Below, piece by piece: positions 62,701 through 64,000 of a DNA stretch of 64,000 nt. The notes under the pieces are model-generated. The model ran no database searches and was not told the origin of the DNA. It saw only the letters and a program-made list of their open reading frames with translations. Each line of letters starts with the position of its first letter. Within the stretch, counting starts at the first letter, position 1. Source of the stretch: Tubulanus polymorphus (Eukaryota > Animalia > Nemertea); NCBI RefSeq assembly GCF_964204645.1, contig NC_134025.1, forward strand, positions 9,672,001-9,736,000. Reading direction: 5' to 3'. A program made the translations under genes and the position numbers.

Positions 62701-64000
62701 TGTAGGATTCTTATAATTTAGACTATTACACCTTTGTTTCTGAATCGAAGATATGTTTAGTGGATATCGTGGTGAATTTTTGCATTATGTCTCACACTTT
62801 GTTTTTCAGTATTATGTTGATGCTGATGAGGCGGAGGCGTGGATGAGGGAAAAGATGCCGCTTGTTAGTTCTCCCGACTTGGGACGGGATGAATCCTCTG
62901 CTGAGGTAGGTCTCATGATATTAGGGAAGACTGTTTGAATCTTTTAAATGGTGGTGAAGTTGACATTCATTTCAAATACTTTCAGGCGCTTTTAAGAAGG
63001 CAAAATCGACTTGGTGAAGAGATCAATGCTTATGAGGATGATATCAAAAGATTAGAAGAACTAGCTAGAATAATGACAAAAGCAAACCACAAGGTATTGA
63101 TGCCTACTGGATGCTCAATCTGCTTTTCACGTTTTTGATTTTTCGAAATTCAGATACCTACTATCTGGAGAGAGAAGAATATGATTTTAATTGATATGAC
63201 ATATTGAACCGTACTTCTGAGACAAAATATATAGAGATATGCATACTGAGTTAGATGTACTATTTTTCTACAACATTTATTGTTACAGATTAGTCCAGAA
63301 ATATTGAAAAAAGGAGGTGATGATGATGAAGAACTGATCGATGTTCCTTATCAAGTGGAGGAAGAACAAATTGTACATAAAGAAGTGATGAGGGATGTAA
63401 TTCTTGATGAAAAAGTACCCCAAGTTAAAGCGCTTTATCCGTACCGTGGTCAAGGCATTAAAGTGAATCAAGGAGAGGTAGGCTTTATGATATGTTATTC
63501 TTTTTGATGATGATTCTTCAGTTTATTATTAGTTCTTGAATACAAATTAGTATTCATCGTCTTTCATGGGATATAACAGGTGATGACTTTGTTGGAAAAA
63601 ACGAATAATGACTGGTGGAGTATAAAGAAAGACAACGGTCAGGAGGGATACGTGCCAGCAAAATATGTCAAGGAAATTGAGCCAAAGCTTACTCAGAGAG
63701 TTGTAAGAAAACCAGTGCTCGTTCCAGAAAAGGTTAAAGTTAAGAAGACAGTGACTAAAAAGGAAAAGGCATCACAACGGAAACTCCGCCGCACACCATC
63801 AGGTACTGCCAGAATCTGATGTCTGTCATATGTTTTTATATACAGATTATATTACAATTAATTGAATTTTATAGAAATCTGTCAGTTAAGACTGGTTTAC
63901 GGTTTGAAGATGGGAATCAAATTTCTGGCGTGAACTGTATATTTTACTTAACTCTTTATAGTTCGATCATCAAAGAATTTGCACTACGACAAGGACAACG
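53712..64000 (+). CDS. SPTBN5: Beta-heavy spectrin (karst / SMA-1 / SPTBN5 type), 5' portion; continues beyond window
   Basis: Exons 53712-53833 ([29 protein letters not shown]), 58702-58869, 58989-59105, 59316-59389, 59484-59564, 59638-59753, 59990-60105, 60281-60468, 60580-60762, 60897-61074, 61166-61248, 61391-61529, 61704-61912, 62019-62196, 62268-62468, 62810-62905, 62986-63093, 63289-63477, 63580-63802, 63962-. An SH3 domain (VKALYPY...DWWSI...EGYVPAKYV) inserted in the fifth repeat is characteristic of invertebrate beta-H spectrin. Confidence 0.92.
56218..56317. mobile_element. Short MITE with TIRs gcccagtttcacaaaaagg / cctttttgtgaaactaggcc
   Basis: Inverted termini directly visible. 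Confidence 0.65.
56243..56564 (+). repeat. Tandem duplication (~157 and ~164 bp copies)
   Basis: 56243-56399 is repeated at 56400-56563, differing by a 7-nt indel and one substitution. Confidence 0.95.

Noticed and set aside
1-64000. CRISPR arrays, tRNA/rRNA genes, prokaryotic operons, intact transposase or RT ORFs
   Set aside because: None seen; the DNA is intron-rich eukaryotic sequence and the GGGCAC field has no constant repeat-spacer period.

Overview
Eukaryotic (invertebrate metazoan-like) AT-rich genomic DNA with short GT-AG introns; most ORF-track entries are exon fragments or noise. Four genes are visible. (1) The 5' half of a nesprin-1/MSP-300-type giant on the minus strand (two CH domains, then spectrin repeats running off position 1). 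(2) An ankyrin-repeat/SOCS-box (ASB-type) gene on plus. (3) SART1/Snu66 on minus. (4) The 5' part of a beta-heavy spectrin (karst/SPTBN5 type; CH-CH, five repeats, SH3) on plus, running off the end. The main unexplained structure is a 24-kb array upstream of the nesprin CH1 exon (12-36 kb). It holds about 11 separate ATG-initiated ORFs of 19 to 906 codons, each ending at a phase-1 splice donor that joins in frame to the same common acceptor at 11945. This looks like a plectin/protocadherin-style 'variable N-terminus' cassette system. Also seen: a 2.7-kb inverted repeat, several MITEs, a LINE tail, a degenerate hammerhead-ribozyme motif, a GC-AG intron and candidate cassette/microexons. All exon boundaries were read by eye and are not transcript-verified.
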